Virus record (IMG/VR): IMGVR_UViG_3300020138_000013 | Location: 1 to 39,344 of that record | Strand: one strand, 5' to 3' | From: a virus | Lineage: Duplodnaviria; Caudoviricetes | Length of the DNA: 39,344 nucleotides | Shown here: positions 33,885 through 39,344 of the stretch, piece by piece | How positions within the stretch are numbered: the first letter of the stretch is position 1 | How the letters are laid out: the number at the start of each line of letters is the position of its first letter | The notes under the pieces: generated by a model | The model's database searches: none | What the model was told of the DNA's origin: nothing | The model's input: the letters and a program-made list of their open reading frames with translations, nothing else | Program-made: the position numbers and the translations under genes

Positions 33885-34346
33885 TTAAACGCCAAGAGTG
33901 GTTTCTAGGATGATACCCTGGGCTTTTAGCAGTTCGCATAGAGCGGCAAACTGTGCATCTGTCAGAGCAGCACCCTCTTCATCTTGGGCCACTTGCTTGA
34001 CCAGCCAATCCTTCAGGATCAGACCGCCATTCTTGCCAGTGAAGCCAACAGCGTTGAAACGGCCAGAGGCAATAGTGCGTGGGGTGAAGGCTTCATTGAA
34101 ACCAAAGTGGTCGCCGTAAACAATAGCGAATTCGTTGGTAGCTGCAACATCACTAGCACCATCTAGCACAGCCCATGCAGTGGCAGCGGTGTTAGAGGCA
34201 GACTTGGCACGAACAACAACGGTGCCAACAGTGATTTCACCGTCAGGGGTGACATTCAGGTCTTGACGAGCGTAGCCAACTGCGGGGTCAAATTCATGAA
34301 CAACCAGATCAGAAAGCACGCGGCGGCTTAGAGTAGTTAGAGGCAT
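33885..34346 (-). CDS. Head decoration protein
   Basis: LSDLVVHE...LKAQGI; directly before capsid gene. Confidence 0.8.
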   Translation of the reverse strand: MPLTTLSRRVLSDLVVHEFDPAVGYARQDLNVTPDGEITVGTVVVRAKSASNTAATAWAVLDGASDVAATNEFAIVYGDHFGFNEAFTPRTIASGRFNAVGFTGKNGGLILKDWLVKQVAQDEEGAALTDAQFAALCELLKAQGIILETTLGV

Positions 34347-34364
34347 ATTATTTCCTATAAATTA

Positions 34365-35318
34365 TTATTGCTTGTTGTACTTGCTTTTCAGCATTTCTTG
34401 GAACTTAGCACGGCTATCTTTCTCGCCGTCTTCGCCTTGTACACTTGTTTGTTTGAACAGGTCGCTAGATTCAACAACTTCCTTAGAAGCCTTCAGGCTC
34501 TTTAGGACGGTAGTGAATGCTTCGTCGTCAAGGGATTGTAGAGACTTGCTCAGATCAACAGCGGCATCTTCACCAACCACCTCGGTGATTTGGGCTAGAC
34601 GTTGTGCATCCTTGGCTTCTTGTTGTGCTTTTTCTACAGCTTCAAGGGCTTGCACAGCAGCATCACGTTCTGCATTAGCCTTTTCTAGGTCTTTCTGAAG
34701 ACCGTCAACTTGAGACTTCAGTAGGTCATGGGCTTTTTGGAGTTCTTCCATTGCTTGTTTACCTTCATTAAACTTTGTTTTGAAAACATCTACCACTTTA
34801 TCGTTCTTTGAAATACTCTCAAACGATTTAGAGATAAGATCACTTACGCTATCAGGGATAGCAGACTTTTGGATAGTGTCACTCGTAGAGAGGACAACCG
34901 AACCAGAATCATCTGAATAACTAATGATTCTGTTTGCAGATTGGGCTTCACCTAGAGTAACAACATCATTTGCATCAATGCTGTATTCAGCGTAAGACAC
35001 CCCATCGCTATTTGTGAAAACAACAATGTTTTCATCAAAATCTTCAAGCCAAACCCATCCGTATACATCCATCTGGAATTTGTCTTTGATTGCTTGTTCT
35101 AGCAAATCACGTTTGCCGTTATTGCTTTGTTTCTCAATTTCTTGTCCATTCAAAAGGGACTTGAGAATTTCTTTTGTTTCATCGTCTAGATCAACATCTG
35201 ATTTCATCAGAAGCGATACATGACGGTTGTTAGCGGAATAGCCTTGCATTTCATGCGTAAGAGCAAGATGCGGAGACTTCTTTTCCTCTTTCTTATCTGT
35301 CTTTACAATAATTGTCAT
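34365..35318 (-). CDS. Capsid scaffolding protein
   Basis: Acidic coiled-coil C-terminal half; between protease and decoration genes. Confidence 0.75.
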   Translation of the reverse strand: MTIIVKTDKKEEKKSPHLALTHEMQGYSANNRHVSLLMKSDVDLDDETKEILKSLLNGQEIEKQSNNGKRDLLEQAIKDKFQMDVYGWVWLEDFDENIVVFTNSDGVSYAEYSIDANDVVTLGEAQSANRIISYSDDSGSVVLSTSDTIQKSAIPDSVSDLISKSFESISKNDKVVDVFKTKFNEGKQAMEELQKAHDLLKSQVDGLQKDLEKANAERDAAVQALEAVEKAQQEAKDAQRLAQITEVVGEDAAVDLSKSLQSLDDEAFTTVLKSLKASKEVVESSDLFKQTSVQGEDGEKDSRAKFQEMLKSKYNKQ

Positions 35319-35803
35319 TCTGTCTCCGTTGCTGGAATGTCCTCACCAGAGAAATTCAACTCTGTGATTTCCCCTGTTTCTTCATTCACTGTGCCCTTAC
35401 AACCAATAGACACACCCCCAACAATTCCTGCCTTCTTTAATTGCCAAAGGGATTCATCGTTATATTTGAGTTTTGCAATCCAAGAACCGGCCTTGATTGG
35501 CTGATCTGTTCCTTCTACAACAACATCAAGTTCTTTCTGAATCCATGTATCAACAATTGTGAAGGACTCGGTATCTTGCATGTGAAATAGATTGGATTTG
35601 ACAACACCCTCTTTCAAATAGTGGTTGAAATCCTCACAACCTTTCTCAAGGGTGGATTCTGACATCCACTGTCCGTGAGCATCTTGTGTATTAGGCTCAT
35701 ACACCACTTCATAGGAAATCATTTCCTCTTTTGGTGCTGTGTCTTTGATGATTCCAAACTCTTTAAGAAGGGCCATCAATTTTGCTTTGAACATATCTTT
35801 CAT
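35315..35803 (-). CDS. Prohead protease (XkdF-like)
   Basis: VYEPNTQDAHG, NLFH, GSW, GGVSIG. Confidence 0.85.
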   Translation of the reverse strand: MKDMFKAKLMALLKEFGIIKDTAPKEEMISYEVVYEPNTQDAHGQWMSESTLEKGCEDFNHYLKEGVVKSNLFHMQDTESFTIVDTWIQKELDVVVEGTDQPIKAGSWIAKLKYNDESLWQLKKAGIVGGVSIGCKGTVNEETGEITELNFSGEDIPATETE

Positions 35804-35812
35804 ACGCCCTCC

Positions 35813-36563
35813 TTAATTCTCCAGGTTTGCCACAGATGTGTCTGTTGATGTCAGTGTTTTTGCTGTACCCGTTCCCACTGTCCCCGTCTCCAAGCCTTCA
35901 CCCGCGTTGGATGTGAAACTTGTCATCTGTTCTCTCACCTCTTCAACAGAGATTGTGGTGTCATTAAATGGCTCAGGAAGCCCAACATAGTTGGCAATCC
36001 AATTAGCTGTAGCAGCGTCATTAGATAGCATTCCAGCAGCAGCAATACGTTGGATGTACTTGCCTACATCATCAACAGAAGGTTGTCTTGTCTCTTCAAA
36101 ATCAAAGAAGGGCATGACTGTTGTGTCCCACCCGTTGATTTGGAATAGTTGCTTCACCAAATCATGGTTTAGCTGATCGCGTAATTCACGCAGTCTAGCC
36201 CCAACAACAACGTCTGTGATATTTTCAAGGGACTCAGAAAGGGCAAAGGAACCTGATCCATCCTGCCCAATAATTAATTGGGGAGAAAGAATCCCGGTGA
36301 CAATCTCCTTCCTGAAACGGGTTATAATCTTGTCCAGATCAAACTGTGCTTGACCAAGAATAGATTTAAGTTCAAAAGAGAAAAGTTCTTTCCCATTTTG
36401 ATCCAGAGCAGAGGGAATGATTACACCACTTTGCTCCCCATTGTGGAGTCCACGAAGCATCTCTTTAAACACTTCGTATGTGGCTTTCTCTTCTTCGGAG
36501 GCACTTTCCTGCATGTAACGTGCAGGAATCTTAAACACCTTAAGGCCGCGTAAGTCCTGTGAT
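35813..36563 (-). CDS. Portal protein, exon 2
   Basis: Splicing gives ...ESTG-V-SQDLRGLKVFKIP...GSFALS; total 486 aa. Confidence 0.88.
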
Positions 36564-37605
36564 CGAAATTGTTCAACAGTGGTCGTTAATCACTGCCAGT
36601 TCTTCTATGAACTTCTGTACATCTCTGCACAGTCCAGACTATATCTTCACCCTACAATGTAGGGGTCTACCATTTCGCCCCACTTGGGGCTACGCCTTGC
36701 GGCTAGTCGTTGAACGTTGCACCTAGTACCACTAAGATTATTTAGAAATTGTATTCACAGCTTATCTTTGCGAATGCCCTTCTACACCGTATCCTTGTGA
36801 CTAGATCCTTTGTCACACTACGGCTTGTAGCCATCCTAACAATATCTCTGTTTCTGTAACCTTGCTGCAACATTCGACAAATCCACCTGACTGTAGATTC
36901 GGATGTTGCAACCCCAGGGGCTTGCAGTTTGTAGTTGCAAGAGATATGCTTCCAGGTTTTTCCTGACCTCACTTGTTTGACTACGCTCCTTGATATATTG
37001 AGTGTTTCAGAAATTTCTTTATTTCTGTAACCTTCTTCAATCATCTTGCAAACCCGGTTTGCTGTAGCATCTGTCATGTCGGCCCTTCCGTTCAATTCAC
37101 CCCTCTTCGGTGTAGAGAGTCCGGCCTCAAAAGCATGTTTATTATTTTCCGAGTAGGTTGCCCACTCTAGGTTGGTTACTTTATTATTCGTTTTGTCACC
37201 ATCAATGTGATTAACACAGGGCTTATTTTCTGGATTTGGAATAAAAGCAATAGCAACGATTCTGTGAACAGTGTATCGTGTTGCCTTATTATTTTCATAG
37301 ATATCAAGAACTTGATATCCATCCCGATTGATGTATAGTGACTTCTTATGTCCGGTCTTGGCATTGTAAATGTTGCCATCTTCGTCCACAAGATAATTCT
37401 TAGTAATATGTGTTTCTTTTCTCATTAGTACCTCCTACTGTATTTTGGGATGGTACTAGGTGCCTTCGCTGCTGATTGTCTAATCCCTCAACTTTTCAAA
37501 CCTTGGCTTTGTCTTACGACTCGCAGTGGGATGAGGGCTCTAAAGAATTTCCAGCAATTAAGTAGATTTTTTATTGCGTGTTACCACGCAAGGGAGCTAA
37601 AGTCA
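36564..37605 (-). mobile_element. Group I intron (1042 nt) in the portal gene, carrying an HNH ORF
   Basis: P1 GGGAGU/GCUCCC with U.G; P AATTGCTGGAAA, Q AATCAGCAGC, R CAACGACTAG, S GAAGATATAGTCT; terminal G at 36564 restores frame. Confidence 0.92.
36742..37425 (-). CDS. Intron-encoded HNH homing endonuclease with tandem HTH repeats
   Basis: VHRIVAIAFIPNPENKPCVNHIDGDKTNNKVTNLEW...ENNKH; two GYRN..I repeats; AGGAGG RBS. Confidence 0.92.
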   Translation of the reverse strand: MRKETHITKNYLVDEDGNIYNAKTGHKKSLYINRDGYQVLDIYENNKATRYTVHRIVAIAFIPNPENKPCVNHIDGDKTNNKVTNLEWATYSENNKHAFEAGLSTPKRGELNGRADMTDATANRVCKMIEEGYRNKEISETLNISRSVVKQVRSGKTWKHISCNYKLQAPGVATSESTVRWICRMLQQGYRNRDIVRMATSRSVTKDLVTRIRCRRAFAKISCEYNF

Positions 37606-38315
37606 ACTCCCGTACTTTCGTACCTTTCAAGTTCTGTCTTGAAACGCCAAGCAACATACACCCCACTCAAGGGGCTTGTGCCAATAGGACTATCTTTTTG
37701 TGGGTCAGCCCTAAACAGGAGAAACTTATTCCTTGGAATAAATACTGTTTCATTCGTGAATGTGGTCACTTTATTCTTACCAGCAGGCTTATTCACCATC
37801 TGGTCTAGGCCAGAGAGATATCTTCCATCCTCTGTCCATTGCCACCCATCCACCGTATCCTGTGAAATGAGGGGGAGGCATCTAAGGCCATAAAGCCCAT
37901 CATTGTATTTGCTACCAGAAGATTTAGATCGTTTCCGATACACCTTCTCTACGGGGGCAAACCCGTATCTGTTGAATGTTGCAGCACGACGGATAAAATC
38001 ATTCCATGTGTGCTCCATATCATCCATGCAGGACACCAGGAAATCAGCCTTATCTTTTAGCTGTTCCTCATAGCCTTCAGGGATTTTCACTTTCCACTCT
38101 GTCTTTGCAATTTGCATTTCCATGAAATTCAAAGCAGGGGAAATTGTGGCATCCTTGAACATCATCTTGTATGTTTCCATACAATAGGGCCATCGTAAAT
38201 CTTGATTACAATCCTCAAGGATTTGTCCAGACAACACCTTCAATCCATTGAATGAACGTTGTCCCTTTGACAATCTTAGAGGGGTATTGTCATCTTGTAA
38301 TTCTTCCAGAGGCAT
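37606..38315 (-). CDS. Portal protein, exon 1
   Basis: Follows terL; YGFAPVEKVY, PIGTSPL; interrupted at GGA GT|. Confidence 0.88.
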
Positions 38316-38330
38316 TCACCCCTCCTCTTG

Positions 38331-38441
38331 TTACAGTTTCTGTGTTAATGACAAACCAGATAATCCTTTTGCTATAGACCCAAGATCAACGTAATTTGAA
38401 GCAAGGGCATAAAAAGCATCTGATGTTGCGTCAACCAAATC
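38331..38441 (-). CDS. terL: Large terminase, final exon (DLVDATSDAFYALASNY...QKL)
   Basis: Splicing restores nuclease motif GHD|DLVDA. Confidence 0.88.
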   Translation of the reverse strand, partial: DLVDATSDAFYALASNYVDLGSIAKGLSGLSLTQKL

Positions 38442-38667
38442 CATAGTGTTCAACAAAGGTCGTTATTCTTTGCCCGTTTCCTTCTGAAACTGCTGTATAT
38501 CCCTATACAGATCAGACTATATCTTCACACATCTTGTGTGCTGGCCGCTTCGGATCACTTGATCCTACATAATAGTCGTTGCACCTTCCTATCTCTAGGC
38601 TTGGCTCAGGATTGTCTGTTCCAGAGTTCCCCTGAATTCAACCAGTTTATACACGACAATTTTGTCT
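38442..38667 (-). mobile_element. ORF-less group I intron (226 nt) in terL
   Basis: P1 ACACGAU/GUCGUGU with U.G; P10 AAAUU/GAUUU; P AATTCAGGGGAA, Q AATCCTGAGC, R CAACGACTAT, S GAAGATATAGTCT; terminal G at 38442. Confidence 0.92.
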
Positions 38668-39344
38668 ATCGTGTCCACTCTCTCCACGCTTTCTTAATCC
38701 TGTAAAGGCTTCAAGTTCTCGGTAGTAGAAGGTATTGTCATTTTTTATATCGTTTTCAAAATCAAAGCCACAATTCATCAAGATCATAACACCACCGTTC
38801 TGAGCACAAGCACTAAATGGCCTAAACCTATCCAACTTTGATTTATTTGTAGTTAGTGTTCTTACCGTTAAACCAAAACCAGCTAGATCAATAGCAAGCA
38901 TACTTGTTGCTCGCTTTGCCGCAGCGCCTGGGTCTAGGGGGAGGTATGTTTCTGAATTATCGGGATCATCCAAACAACACTCAAGGATAAATGAAGTCCA
39001 CTCACCGAATCTAACCCTTGTCCTACGGATATCATCAATAATGTACCTACCGTCTTTCATTTTTCTCATACGAATAGACGTAGTGTAGTCGGGACTAGGA
39101 TTCTTTTCACTCACAAGTTCAGAAGCAAAATCAAATGCTCTTACTGTAGCAATAACTTCACTTTCATCAAAAGATGAAATCTCTGTTATCCATTCTCTCT
39201 GGAAAAAGGTGGACGAAGTTTCACGAACATACCAATTTCCTTCTAGTAGTCTGGCACGTTCAACACCTTTAAGTCCTCTAAGCCAAGATACGTATCTTGG
39301 GTTTACTTTCTGAACGACTGGATTATCAAAAACTGTCGCAGAAA
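38668..39344 (-). CDS. terL: Large terminase, partial upstream exon (runs off window)
   Basis: SATVFDNP...ERARLLEGNW...RAFDFA...PDYT...KLDRFRPFS...GHD; frame open to window end. Confidence 0.92.

Noticed and set aside
37450-37893. 147-aa plus-strand ORF and the many similar antisense ORFs across the window
   Set aside because: Shadows of minus-strand genes or intron sequence, with no RBS or recognisable motifs
35813-38667. Portal and terL as pseudogenes or split genes
   Set aside because: Breaks are fully explained by group I introns that restore frame and conserved motifs
1-39344. CRISPR array or regularly spaced repeat array
   Set aside because: No regularly spaced direct repeats found in any intergenic gap by eye

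Overview
A 39 kb segment of a tailed dsDNA phage with a contractile tail (myovirus), probably infecting a Gram-negative host given its two-component spanins, SAR endolysin and sigma70-consensus promoters. Almost all genes are on the minus strand. From the right end: large terminase (partial), portal, prohead protease, scaffold, head decoration, major capsid, neck, sheath, three tube paralogues, frameshifted tail chaperones, tape measure, baseplate, fibres, lysis cassette, a promoter-dense switch region, T7-like primase-helicase, family A DNA polymerase, an RNA-rich cluster (2 tRNAs, a tRNA-like RNA, candidate structured RNAs) and an SSB-like gene. Selfish elements are dense: group I introns in terL (226 nt, no ORF) and portal (1042 nt, HNH ORF), a LAGLIDADG intein in the polymerase, and three free-standing HNH genes. 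The most unusual signals are (i) an 8/4 tRNA-like RNA (UCU, CCA end) with rearranged D-arm topology that an HNH ORF reads into, within a promoter-driven unit containing two further candidate structured RNAs, (ii) a mutually exclusive RNA pairing switch that masks the portal-intron HNH ribosome-binding site, and (iii) a 20-bp strand-specific hairpin beside an (AT)n tract upstream of a primase that lacks a zinc-binding domain. All structures were derived by eye; no database searches were run.
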